From Candidatus Bathyarchaeota archaeon (GTDB lineage: Archaea; Thermoproteota; Bathyarchaeia; Bathyarchaeales; Bathycorpusculaceae): 64,000 nucleotides of DNA. The first letter of the stretch is position 1; every line of letters starts with the position of its first letter. This document shows, in pieces, positions 18,325-28,296 of this stretch. Below the pieces are notes generated by a model that was given only the letters and a program-made list of their open reading frames with translations, did not search any database and was not told the DNA's origin. The translations under genes and the position numbers were made by a program. The stretch spans positions 1,344,001 to 1,408,000 of the forward strand of contig OY970280.1 of the NCBI GenBank assembly GCA_963715865.1, in the 5' to 3' direction.

Positions 18325-19539
18325 ATGAAGTATATACTTATTGTTGGAGATGGAATGGCTGATTATCCTATTCCTGAATTGGGAAACAAGACTCCGCTTC
18401 AAGCAGCATACAAACCAAACATGGATTCGATAGCAGCAGAAGGCCGAAGCGGCCTAATCAAAACAGTTCCTGACGAGTTAACTCCAGGCTCAGATGTCGC
18501 CATATGTTCAGTACTGGGTTACGACCCGAAACTGTACTGCACGGGCAGAGGTCCACTTGAAGCGCCTTCTAGAGGCATAAAATTAGGAGATAACGATGCA
18601 GCTTACCGATGTAATTTGATAACTGAGAAGGATGGAGTTATCGTTGATTATTCCGCAGGTCACATAACTACTGACGAATCATCCAAATTAATAGCAACGG
18701 TAAAGGAAGCTTTTGAGAAACCTAATGAAATCGAATTCTTCTCAGGACTTGATTACAGGCACTTTTTGATACTGCGAAATTTCCCAAATCCAGAGCTTAT
18801 TCAGTGCACTCCGCCGCACGATGCTATCGGAGTAGATGTTTCAGCCGTGTTGCCAAAAGCCAAATCGGCAAAAGCAGAAAAAACAGCGCATTTGCTCAGA
18901 GATTTAATTAATGGTTCCAGGGATATTCTGCGGTCTCATCCTGTAAACGTTGCGCGAGAGAAGACAGGTAAGAGACCGGGCAACCTGATTTGGCCTTGGG
19001 GCGGCGGGAAAAAACCATCCATGCCAACGTTGAAAGAGAAGTACGGTTTGAAAGGGGCAGTCATATCTGCGGTTGATTTGGTGAAGGGAATCGGCACTTA
19101 CGCTGGAATGGAAATCATTAACGTTCCTGGAGCAACGGGGTTGTATAATACTAACTATGAAGGCAAAGCAGACGCTGCATTAAAGGCTCTTGAGGATAAT
19201 GATTTGGTTTTTGTCCATGTTGAAGCGCCAGATGAAGCTGGACATGTTAAAGATTACGATCTAAAAGTAAAAACGATTGAAGACTTAGACAAGAGGCTGC
19301 TGGGCAGGATTCTCGACGGCTTAAACGAGCCATACGCGATTGCAATATCGCCTGATCACCCCACGCCCATCAGAATCGGGACGCATTCAAGAGACCCTGT
19401 GCCTTTCGCCATTAAATCGCCGTTTTTGAAACCTGATGGAGTTAAAAAGTTTGATGAGTTTTCTGCAAGAAAGGGAGCGTTCGGTCTAGTCGAACATGAC
19501 TATCTCATTTCGCTTCTTATCTCTTCATCCAAGCGGTAA
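18325..19539 (+). CDS. apgM: Cofactor-independent phosphoglycerate mutase, archaeal type
   Basis: GDGMAD, TPGSDVA, HVEAPDEAGH, PDHPTP, HSRDPVP motifs. Confidence 0.93.
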   Translation: MKYILIVGDGMADYPIPELGNKTPLQAAYKPNMDSIAAEGRSGLIKTVPDELTPGSDVAICSVLGYDPKLYCTGRGPLEAPSRGIKLGDNDAAYRCNLITEKDGVIVDYSAGHITTDESSKLIATVKEAFEKPNEIEFFSGLDYRHFLILRNFPNPELIQCTPPHDAIGVDVSAVLPKAKSAKAEKTAHLLRDLINGSRDILRSHPVNVAREKTGKRPGNLIWPWGGGKKPSMPTLKEKYGLKGAVISAVDLVKGIGTYAGMEIINVPGATGLYNTNYEGKADAALKALEDNDLVFVHVEAPDEAGHVKDYDLKVKTIEDLDKRLLGRILDGLNEPYAIAISPDHPTPIRIGTHSRDPVPFAIKSPFLKPDGVKKFDEFSARKGAFGLVEHDYLISLLISSSKR

Positions 19540-19579
19540 TATGTAAAAGTAAATTTGCTCAGTTGCTGAAACTAAGTTT

Positions 19580-19894
19580 CTAAGCATCTTGCTTCGAGTC
19601 TATGTCTTTCATTCGTTTATTTATGACCCTTTGAATTTCCGGGTCTTTTTCTCTATGCCTTGCTTCAACTAAGAGCTTTTTTGCTACGGAAAGGCTTTTT
19701 TCTCCAAAAATTTTCGCAAAATTGCTGGATCGTCTTTCAAGTAAGCGGAGATATCGAGGTAGGACGCAGACGAAGTTTAACGGGTAGCGCTTGCCTTTGT
19801 CTAAGTCAACTACGACCAGTTGGATTGAATTGTTTAGTTTTTGATTCCCTTTTTTGATTGCATAGAGTTTTAAGTTCAATCTACCCCAACCCAT
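19580..19894 (-). CDS. Hypothetical protein
   Basis: 104-aa ORF with ATG start in an otherwise empty interval. Confidence 0.6.
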   Translation of the reverse strand: MGWGRLNLKLYAIKKGNQKLNNSIQLVVVDLDKGKRYPLNFVCVLPRYLRLLERRSSNFAKIFGEKSLSVAKKLLVEARHREKDPEIQRVINKRMKDIDSKQDA

Positions 19895-20107
19895 AGTTAA
19901 CTTATCAAGTTTATGATAACTACAAGAATAACTATTCGTTATATCTCCTTAAACTTCGGCTCCATATTAACTTTCCTAAAAAACAAAAAACAAACCTGAT
20001 AAGACGCAGCAATTGTCGAGACAATTGAGCTGGGTCTAATCGGCAGGTATTCTCCTAGCTTTTTATAAATCTCTTTACGCAAACAATTCACTGGGAAGTA
20101 GCAAGAG

Positions 20108-20872
20108 ATGACTAAGCAGGTAAATAGAGCGCTGGATTATGGTAATTGGGTTTCGAAGCGATTAATCTACACGTTTGGCTTATTGGGCATTGTGTTTTTT
20201 GCATTAGCGTTTCTGGTTTGGGTGTTGGTAATTCCTGCTCTGCTATGCCTCGCAGTAGCTTTGTATTTTCTTTATGCACGGTACCTGTTTTCGCCCAAGG
20301 GAGGAGGCGTGCAGAACAGAATCTGGGAATACGTGATTTTAAATTTGGATTGGAACGGTGAAGGGCAAGCGTTGGATGTTGGCTGCGGAAACGGCGCATT
20401 AACAATAAAGCTAGCACGCAAATTTACCGCGGCACGGCTAACTGGAATTGATTATTGGGGAAAAAGATGGGAATATTCCAAAAGCACTTGTGAGGCAAAC
20501 GCTAAAGCTGAAAGCGTAAATGATAGAGTCGTTTTTCAAAAAGCGAGCGCTTTGAAGCTGCCGTTTGAGGATGAATATTTTGATGCAGCCGTAAGCAACT
20601 TAGTTTTCCATGAAATCAGCGACGCTAAAGACAAACGTGAATTGATTCGCGAAGCGTTGCGAGTGGTTAAGAAGGGCGGAAAATTCGCTTTCCAAGACCT
20701 CTTCCTACTCAAACAAGTATACGGTGACGTTGACGAATTAGTTGCAACCATAAAAAGCTGGGGAATTACCAAAGTAGAGTTTGTAGAAACTAGAAACGCA
20801 TCTTTTATCCCAGTTGCTTTGAAGTTGCCGTTCATGGTGGGAAAAATAGGCATAATCAAAGGAGAAAAATAA
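20108..20872 (+). CDS. Class I SAM-dependent methyltransferase with N-terminal TM hairpin
   Basis: LDVGCGNG motif I, LPFEDEYFDAAVSN, ALRVVKKGG. Confidence 0.9.
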   Translation: MTKQVNRALDYGNWVSKRLIYTFGLLGIVFFALAFLVWVLVIPALLCLAVALYFLYARYLFSPKGGGVQNRIWEYVILNLDWNGEGQALDVGCGNGALTIKLARKFTAARLTGIDYWGKRWEYSKSTCEANAKAESVNDRVVFQKASALKLPFEDEYFDAAVSNLVFHEISDAKDKRELIREALRVVKKGGKFAFQDLFLLKQVYGDVDELVATIKSWGITKVEFVETRNASFIPVALKLPFMVGKIGIIKGEK

Positions 20873-20883
20873 GAATAGGCTAA

Positions 20884-22761
20884 TTATTGTTTAGACAGGA
20901 ATTTCTCAATCTCTTTTTCCGCATTGTCTGCTTTGATGAATATGGGTACGTTCTCCATTCCCGTAGCAATATAGCTGCTCAGGAGCCATTCGCCTGGCGC
21001 AAACTCAAGTGTCTTCTCCAAAATGCCCTTATCAATCATGAACGTTTCACTAACCAAAGCCCTGTCGTATGGTCTTGGTAGGGTGCCGACGAAATACGTG
21101 TGCAACTGCTGAAGCGCGTTAGTGTTCAAGTATGCGATGCGTTGTGTGGCTATGCATACGCCTAAACCGTACTTGCGTCCTTGGCGGAGCAGCGTTTCCA
21201 CGTGCGCGGAGCATTTGCCGTCTATGCCGCCTTCTTTGCTGCTGATGAATTCCTGTGCCTCGTCGAAGACTAATAGGATGTAGGGTTTTACTGTGAATCG
21301 GCGTTTCCTACGTACAAGCAAGTCCTGAGTCAAAGCTATGGCAAGCTCTTTGATGGTGAATGGGTCACTAATTGAGATCACCACGAGGTTAGTTGATGGT
21401 TCCTCGAGCAGTTGCCTTATCCCTTCAACCGTCAATCCTTCTGCGTCGCGGTCTTTCTTCTCGCTGCGCTTCTTGAACAAGTCAGCTATGGTACTTCTTG
21501 TTGTAGCCCATGCGTACAATCCGCTCTTATCATGGACTTTGAATTTCTCAACCGCAGCTCTTGCAACCTCATCAATGTATGGAACAAAGCCTTCGCTGAC
21601 TTCTTGGTTCTCGCTTAACCCTTGCTTCTCAACGTACTCTCGCACGGCATCATGAATTTCATCAATAGCATTAACGTAATGTCCTTTACCAACGGAATCC
21701 TTGCGCTGGTCATCGAGTTCCTCCATGAACTGGCCGTAAGTTGGAATTTTTTGCTTTGGCTTTGTGTAATACGACAGCTTCCCCTGATCTATGATTGCCT
21801 GCAAACCAGCCTTCGTTCGCAGGTCACTTTCATATTCTCTTGGCTTAACCACGGAGTTAAAGAGTTGCTCGAGCGAATCAATCCTATGTTCTAAAACCAG
21901 TTTAGCCTTCACGGCTGGGTCAGCCAGCACATCAAGCAAGAGAAAAGCGTATTCGCAGCTGATGTCGAAGATAACAATCTTCTTCTCATCCATATGAAAC
22001 ATTATTCGCCTCAGAACATTAGACATCAAGTTGCTTTTGCCACCGCCAGTGAACGCGAAAACGCCAAAGTGGTAACGGATCAGTTTTTCGAAATCAACGT
22101 AAATTGGGATTTTGGCTTGGTTGGCTTCGAACATTTTAATTACGCCAAGTCTGGGGTCAATGCGTGCGTCCTCAACGGTTTTTGCTGTGTCAATGCCTAG
22201 TTGTGTAGCGATTTTCTGGTTGTACATGCGGTTAATCATTTCGCTGTTTAGCAGGAGCACGGAGCTGCCGACCACTGGGTAAGAAAACCCTTTAGCAAAC
22301 TCAAACGTACAACCGCCCTTAATGATTAAGTCATAGTTGATGGGAATCGCGTCAATCTGAATCATCATTGTTGACTTGTCATCAGTCTGCCAATCGGCTT
22401 CTGACTGCTCGATGATTTCAAACTGCATCGGATAATATCCATGGTCACTGAGCCCGCGAAGCCCGAAGTGTTCAGGCCAAACGCGGCTAATCTCCATAAG
22501 CGTATACCGCTCGGCTGCGCTGGTTGCGGGCTTAAAATTTTTAACAGCCAACAGCATGCCCTCTTCCAATAAGCCCATCAAATCTTTTTGGTACTCTATT
22601 TTGACTCGGCATTGGTAGCGTGCGCTTGTGCCTGTAACTTTGGAGTCGCCGCCTTCGCCGCCAGCGTAACGGGGCATAACCGCCGCTAAGCGGCCATGAA
22701 ATTTGTCGTCAAAATCTGTGAAGCATTCTTTGTTAACGGTTTTCTCTTCTTGCTTGTTCAA
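20884..22761 (-). CDS. herA: HerA/FtsK-family ATPase
   Basis: Walker A FTGGGKS, Walker B VFDEAQEF, RQGRKYGLGVCIATQR; overlaps the 3' end of nurA. Confidence 0.88.
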   Translation of the reverse strand: MNKQEEKTVNKECFTDFDDKFHGRLAAVMPRYAGGEGGDSKVTGTSARYQCRVKIEYQKDLMGLLEEGMLLAVKNFKPATSAAERYTLMEISRVWPEHFGLRGLSDHGYYPMQFEIIEQSEADWQTDDKSTMMIQIDAIPINYDLIIKGGCTFEFAKGFSYPVVGSSVLLLNSEMINRMYNQKIATQLGIDTAKTVEDARIDPRLGVIKMFEANQAKIPIYVDFEKLIRYHFGVFAFTGGGKSNLMSNVLRRIMFHMDEKKIVIFDISCEYAFLLLDVLADPAVKAKLVLEHRIDSLEQLFNSVVKPREYESDLRTKAGLQAIIDQGKLSYYTKPKQKIPTYGQFMEELDDQRKDSVGKGHYVNAIDEIHDAVREYVEKQGLSENQEVSEGFVPYIDEVARAAVEKFKVHDKSGLYAWATTRSTIADLFKKRSEKKDRDAEGLTVEGIRQLLEEPSTNLVVISISDPFTIKELAIALTQDLLVRRKRRFTVKPYILLVFDEAQEFISSKEGGIDGKCSAHVETLLRQGRKYGLGVCIATQRIAYLNTNALQQLHTYFVGTLPRPYDRALVSETFMIDKGILEKTLEFAPGEWLLSSYIATGMENVPIFIKADNAEKEIEKFLSKQ

Positions 22762-24646
22762 TACTTGCTCGCCTCTCTCGGAAGGTACTCATGTAGAATA
22801 TGAATTTTCTCAATTTATGGTTATTCAAAATCCAGTTCGCTGTGGAATCTGCAACGCATTTGAATTGGCTGTAATTCCACTTGGCAATCTTATCTGCCAC
22901 AAACAACGCTTTATTATGTCCAAAAGCCTCCGGAATATTAACTGGCGCCATAGCCACAAGCATACTCATAACCAGATTTTGCATCTTGTTAGCTATCGAC
23001 TTATCCTTGTATAGAAAGACTTCCACAGGTTCTCTTGTGCCGTCGCTCATTTCATTCCACAAGGCTAAGCAGCACTCGGGCTTGAGGTCAAAGTCAGCGT
23101 AAGCTAAACGGTCAATCAGCAATACGTTGCTCCTCAATAGCGGGTCAGATTTGGCTTGGCTAAGCTGCACATAAGTCTTCAAAAAAGCCTTCTCTAAACC
23201 AATCTTATTCTTAATAATGCCAGAAACATAGCCCTGACCCCTGTCCAAGTCAGCCTTCATCGTTCTAAAAGCTGAATCATACTCAATCAGGCTCCAAGGC
23301 GGCACCACTTTCTCTGGGTTTAAAACGCTTGCTGATTGGAGAATCATGCGGTCAGTGTTCGGGAGTGCTGTCAACGCTTCGTTTTCCACTGCTGCTTTCA
23401 GTAAGCCTTCGTTTTGCATTATTGGAATTAACTGGCGCTTGAAATCCCTCGCTGAAGTGTCCTTTGTGATGCCTACAAGCAGGATGCGTTTTCTCCAACA
23501 CTCCTCCATAAGCATCTGCAAAGCGAACAGCGTCAAAAAAGCAATATCAAGCGTGGTTAACCAGTGCTCTTTGCCATCCTTGACTATTTTCATGCTGCTG
23601 GATGTTTCTGTCGAGAGGTTTTTTGTGGAAAAAAGTTTGTCGCCAACTTCGATGGTTAAACGTTTTGTATGCTCCCAACTGTCAACATACTGCTTGTTTA
23701 AAGCGTAAATGCCATCGGTGTCTGTTAGGATGTGTTTTGTGATTAAGCGTGATAGGGTTTTTTCGACCCTTCTTTTACGTTTATCATCCACTATCCCTAA
23801 GGCTTCGCAGATTTGCGTTTGCGTCAACGTTTTGTTTTCTTCCGCTAGGCAAGTTATTGCATGACGTAGGTAATCCGCCCTTGGAGCAGGCAAACCCAAA
23901 GCCTTATTGCAAACGTGATGGCGTGCTATGGCTAAATCGTTCGGATCAACTTTCCTTCCGTTGATACTGTAGCCAACGAGTGCGCTTTTTGCATCCCAAA
24001 AATCTGTTTTCCTAGTTTCGTATAGGAGGCTTGCGCGTTCCGTGGATAAGCTTCTATCCATTAAAAGTACCCTAATGTTCTGTGCCTGGTCAACGGCAAG
24101 CTTGTAGGCTAAGTAAAACTCTGAAAAAGTCATGATTACGTTAGCTATTAGCGAATTGTTTGCAATTTCTTCATCTGTAGCCGGCTTTGAAGGGTTAACT
24201 TCGCCGGGCTGCTCTTCCGCCGAAAACGAAGTGTCAACATCAGGGATTTCGTTTATGTATATTGGGACGACGCTGGATACGCCTATGTTTTGCTGAATCG
24301 TCTTAGCGTCATATTCAACTTGAGGCTCAGCTGCTTCTGCGAATCTTACGGTGCCTGTTGAGGCGTAAGCGCCGCCGAAAAAAATAACCATGTCAAACAG
24401 TGGTCGCGAGTACATTGTGCCGTCTATGCCTGCAAAGCGAACGCTGTCTGAACCGAAGAATTCTTTAGCCGTTTCCCAAGCTTCCTTCGGATTGAAGCGT
24501 GACTTTATCAGGTTCACAAGTAAACCATCATAAGCGTCTTTCAGGATTGAGAAGCGCTGCTCATAGTCGGTGACTTGTTTGGTTGCGCCTTGCCTCAGAT
24601 TATCGCATGTATGTTTCATTGTGTCGCTAAGCGAAGGCGCAGTCAC
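22733..24646 (-). CDS. nurA: Large NurA-family nuclease with internal winged-helix-like insertion
   Basis: FAGIDGT, LLMDRSLS, LVGITKD, HNKALFVADKIAK NurA-type motifs; 637 aa; upstream of herA. Confidence 0.82.
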   Translation of the reverse strand: MTAPSLSDTMKHTCDNLRQGATKQVTDYEQRFSILKDAYDGLLVNLIKSRFNPKEAWETAKEFFGSDSVRFAGIDGTMYSRPLFDMVIFFGGAYASTGTVRFAEAAEPQVEYDAKTIQQNIGVSSVVPIYINEIPDVDTSFSAEEQPGEVNPSKPATDEEIANNSLIANVIMTFSEFYLAYKLAVDQAQNIRVLLMDRSLSTERASLLYETRKTDFWDAKSALVGYSINGRKVDPNDLAIARHHVCNKALGLPAPRADYLRHAITCLAEENKTLTQTQICEALGIVDDKRKRRVEKTLSRLITKHILTDTDGIYALNKQYVDSWEHTKRLTIEVGDKLFSTKNLSTETSSSMKIVKDGKEHWLTTLDIAFLTLFALQMLMEECWRKRILLVGITKDTSARDFKRQLIPIMQNEGLLKAAVENEALTALPNTDRMILQSASVLNPEKVVPPWSLIEYDSAFRTMKADLDRGQGYVSGIIKNKIGLEKAFLKTYVQLSQAKSDPLLRSNVLLIDRLAYADFDLKPECCLALWNEMSDGTREPVEVFLYKDKSIANKMQNLVMSMLVAMAPVNIPEAFGHNKALFVADKIAKWNYSQFKCVADSTANWILNNHKLRKFIFYMSTFRERRASIEQARRENR

Positions 24647-25009
24647 TTCTCCTCACTCTTCATTGCAAGAGTGATTGCTTGGGCTGTTAAAAGCATTGTT
24701 GACACTTAAACGCTTAAAACTACAATAAAAAAAGACTTTGTTATAGGTTCATTGACTAGTGGTGCTGTTGAAGAAAAGGCTCCCGCAAAGAAGGATAGCC
24801 TCTTTTTAGCTAGTATTTTAACAGTTAAAAAGCGGGTATCCCTCAGACACAGCGAGCACCAACAACATAAACTCTCACCTTATTAATGCTCTAATAGTGT
24901 GATTTGCAGTTTTCACTATACAGAAAGCAAAAATATCCGAGCGCCACACTCTACAATATAACCCAGACTTTGGCAGGTTCAAATTTTGCCAAGAAAAAGG
25001 ATTACCTGT

Positions 25010-25096
25010 GCGGGATTGCCCTAGCCTGGTAGGGGGCAGGCCTGCTAAGTCTGTGGTCGAAAGGCCGCGTGGGTTCAAATCCCACATCCCGCGCCA
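25010..25096 (+). tRNA. tRNA-Ser(GCT), intronless, encoded CCA
   Basis: Acceptor GCGGGAT/ATCCCGC, D-arm with TGGTA, anticodon arm CAGGC-CTGCTAA-GTCTG, long variable arm GTGGTC-GAAA-GGCCGC, T-arm GTGGG-TTCAAAT-CCCAC. Confidence 0.95.
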
Positions 25097-25368
25097 CGCT
25101 TCTTTTACAAATTAGGGCTTGATTATTGCTTATTTATCCAAATAGGGTGCAATAAACGCTAAGAAATTAGCCAATTTCCAAGTTTATTGGTAAAAAGATT
25201 TAGGGTTTAATTTACACATGCCACAGAAGTCTAAATCATTTGTTCATAAAGTGAGACTTTTCCAACTGAGAATGTTGACGTTGTTTCAAAGTTTGACGTT
25301 GAACAAAACTAATTAGTTTCATTCTTATCAGTATTTAGAATCTATTAAGACACTGGCGGCAAATTGCT

Positions 25369-26262
25369 GTGCATACTCTGGAATTGAATAATGTATCTTC
25401 CGGTTACAATAAGCAAGTCGTCTTGCATGATATCAGCTTCAAACTACACGAGCCCTCAATATATGTTGTTTTAGGGCCAAACGGCGCGGGCAAAACAACT
25501 TTGTTTAGAACAATCGCGGGTATACTTGAGCCATTTAGCGGTAAGGTCCTTCTGGACGACCAAAACATAACCACATCAGGCAAGACGCGAACAAGAATAA
25601 GCTTTCTCTCGCAGTACAACGCAATGCCTGAAGAGATGACTGTGTATAACGCGCTTAAGTTTTACTCTGACATCGAGGGCGGAGATACCGACGAGGTGAT
25701 TGATCTGCTGGATCTTAGCCAACTGAAAAATAAAAGGTTCTCCGATCTTTCACAGGGACAAAAAAAGAGAGCCGCAATCGCAAAGGTGTTTCTTCACGAA
25801 AGCGAGTTGTATTTGCTAGATGAACCCACCGCGAATTTAGACCCAGCAGTTTCAAAAGAAATTCGAGATATTATACTAAAATTAAGTAAAGACAAAATGA
25901 TTCTGTACTCTTCCCATAACCTCTATGAAGCAACCGATATTGGAACATACCTTATTTTAATCAAGAATGGCTCTGTGACATTGTTTGATAAAATCTCAAA
26001 CATTAAACCCAAACAGTTCCGAGTAGGCATCAACGCATCAACAGACATATCTAAAATTATAGACGCCCAACGTGAGGGCGATTATTTTGTTTTGAATGTG
26101 TCTAGCCCTGAGGAAGCAGGGCTTGCTTTGAAGAAATTGGTTGAAAGTGGTGTTTTGGTTACTGAAATGCGTCAGCTTGATAATCCTTTGCAAGAGCTTT
26201 TTGAGTCACCCAATGGAAACGTGGAAAAAACACAAAAGGAGTCACAGCAAGTTGCCAAATAG
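25369..26262 (+). CDS. ABC transporter ATP-binding protein (exporter type)
   Basis: GPNGAGKT, LSQGQKKR signature variant, LLDEP. Confidence 0.92.
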   Translation: MHTLELNNVSSGYNKQVVLHDISFKLHEPSIYVVLGPNGAGKTTLFRTIAGILEPFSGKVLLDDQNITTSGKTRTRISFLSQYNAMPEEMTVYNALKFYSDIEGGDTDEVIDLLDLSQLKNKRFSDLSQGQKKRAAIAKVFLHESELYLLDEPTANLDPAVSKEIRDIILKLSKDKMILYSSHNLYEATDIGTYLILIKNGSVTLFDKISNIKPKQFRVGINASTDISKIIDAQREGDYFVLNVSSPEEAGLALKKLVESGVLVTEMRQLDNPLQELFESPNGNVEKTQKESQQVAK

Positions 26263-26923
26263 TACACTGATTTTTGCTAAACGAAGCCTCAGTTTGAGCA
26301 AAATATATTCTGGAGCAGGAATTTTTCTGGCTATCTTTGGAATATTTGTATCAGACGCAATCATCCTTTCTGGTGGAGCGGCTGCACCGTACTTTCTTTT
26401 TCCAGCTGCGTTTATGGCTCTTGGACTTCTAATGTTCACAACGTCTGTTATTCTACTGTACGTCTATGACAAAAATAATGGAGTTTTGGAGTATCTACTT
26501 TCACTTGGCTGGAATCAAAGTGACATCTTTAAGCGTTACTTAAAAGCCGCGCTTTTCCTTGCGCTTACTCTTTTCATTGCTGAATTTGCCGCTAATGTTG
26601 TAGCAAGTGTGATTGCAGGGTCACTCTTAGGTTTAGTGACGTCAGCTTTTACCGCTGCGTTGGGTTTTTCAGCCGTTTCTTTAGTTACAATTGCTATGAT
26701 GGCTTTCAGCTCGTTACAAAAGCAGCGAGTAGGTGCCAATAGTCCTCTTGCTTTGTCGATTGGCGTCGTGGTTATCCTTCCCACGTTTTATATTCCGTTT
26801 CTTTTACCTTTTTCTGCAGCCATCTTAGTTGACCTGTTTATTGCTGGGCTTGCGGGTGGTCTGTCAATTGTGTTGTTGATTTTGTCAAGCAGGCTAATTA
26901 GAAGGGAAAAAATGCTTCCGTAA
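26252..26923 (+). CDS. ABC-2-type permease-like membrane protein
   Basis: About 6 TM helices, DKNNGVLEYLLSLG motif. Start set at TTG 26252 after AGGAG, overlapping the ATPase stop; ORF track gives 26141. Confidence 0.78.
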   Translation: MPNSTLIFAKRSLSLSKIYSGAGIFLAIFGIFVSDAIILSGGAAAPYFLFPAAFMALGLLMFTTSVILLYVYDKNNGVLEYLLSLGWNQSDIFKRYLKAALFLALTLFIAEFAANVVASVIAGSLLGLVTSAFTAALGFSAVSLVTIAMMAFSSLQKQRVGANSPLALSIGVVVILPTFYIPFLLPFSAAILVDLFIAGLAGGLSIVLLILSSRLIRREKMLP

Positions 26924-26960
26924 ATACCAGGCGACCAACATTGCTTTCTCATATTTCTAA

Positions 26961-27007
26961 CTTTTCGTGTGGAATTTAAACGTGGGTGTAAACCTAACAT
27001 CCCGCGC
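26961..27007 (+). repeat. 47-bp att-like repeat, copy A, ending in the tRNA 3' end (ACATCCCGCGC)
   Basis: 46/47 identical to 29954-30000; CGTGGGT and ACATCCCGCGC match the tRNA-Ser T-arm and acceptor. Confidence 0.9.
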
Positions 27008-27294
27008 TTCGCCCCTTTTGCAAAATAGGGGTTAATTATCGTTTATTTGAGCAAATAGAACCAAGAAATTGCTTTTAAGTTATTTGCTCCTGTGGTTTCA
27101 TCGCATAAAAACTATCAACCGTTTAAATAGCACGCAAAGTAGGGAAGTATCTTAATGGAAATAGAATGATTGCGAATAGAATAATGTGTTCTATGTCTTA
27201 GAAGATGTAACTCATTAAATTTTGTCTTAAATATAAGAACCTTCATCATAGAGATTAGACGCTCGGAATAGTAAACGCCACCTTGTGATGCCTA

Positions 27295-28296
27295 TTGATA
27301 GACACGGAAAACTTGACAAAAAAGTTTGGCAACCTTAATCCAATCAACGAACCGGCAGGTCGAAAGAGCGTTGTCAACGTGAATCATCTCCGCAAGCAAT
27401 ACGGCACAACAGTCGCCGTCGACAACGTCTCATTCTCCATTGCCGAAGGCGAGATTTTCGGCATCATAGGACCTAACGGAGCTGGAAAGACAACCGCGGT
27501 TGAATGTATTTCAGGGCTTCGTGTTCCAGACTCGGGTTCCGCAACTGTTTATGACCTTAATCCCAGAGACGACCGTGAGGAACTGTGTAAATACGTTGGA
27601 GTCCAACTCCAAGAAAGCTCATTACCTCCACGTATCAAGGTCGGGGAGGCTCTTGAACTCTTTGCATCTTTCTATCAAAATCCTGTTAATCCAAAGGATT
27701 TACTCGAATCGCTTGGAATCGCTCAAAAAAGTAATGCCAAATTCAAACAACTGTCCGGCGGCCAAAAACAGCGACTTTCAATCGCGCTAGCACTTATTGG
27801 AAATCCAAAGATTGCTATTCTAGATGAACTTACCACTGGGCTTGACCCGGAAGCAAGACGCGAGACTTGGGAACTTATAGAGCGTATTAGGGATCGAGGC
27901 GTGACAGTGATTCTTGTAACGCATTACATGGATGAAGCCGAAAGACTGTGTGACCGACTGGCCTTAATTAATCACGGGAAAGTCGTTGCCCTCGACACTC
28001 CCGCGGCTCTTGCGGCACGCGAAGGCGGTGGCGCACGCATGCAGTTTGTACCTTCTGGACCTGTAGATGATAAGGTTCTGACTGCGTTGCCGGGTGTAAC
28101 TTCGGTTGAACATAAGGGTAGGCGTATCGTTGTTGTCGGTTCTGGTGACCTTACTACACAGGTGCTTTATGCGCTACTAAACGTTGGAGTGCATGCTTCG
28201 GATGTTCAGGTGGAAAACGGCAGTCTTGAAGATGCCTTCGTCAAACTCACACAGACAGACGATAATGCCAGAAAACATGAGGTAGGTCTGCAATGA
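27295..28296 (+). CDS. ABC transporter ATP-binding protein (DrrA-like)
   Basis: GPNGAGKT, LSGGQ, ILDE, THYMDEAE. Confidence 0.92.
   Translation: MIDTENLTKKFGNLNPINEPAGRKSVVNVNHLRKQYGTTVAVDNVSFSIAEGEIFGIIGPNGAGKTTAVECISGLRVPDSGSATVYDLNPRDDREELCKYVGVQLQESSLPPRIKVGEALELFASFYQNPVNPKDLLESLGIAQKSNAKFKQLSGGQKQRLSIALALIGNPKIAILDELTTGLDPEARRETWELIERIRDRGVTVILVTHYMDEAERLCDRLALINHGKVVALDTPAALAAREGGGARMQFVPSGPVDDKVLTALPGVTSVEHKGRRIVVVGSGDLTTQVLYALLNVGVHASDVQVENGSLEDAFVKLTQTDDNARKHEVGLQ

Noticed and set aside
24875-25087. ORF MWDLNPRG... (and its twin at 31457..31738)
   Set aside because: These are antisense readings of the tRNA and its att copy, not genes.
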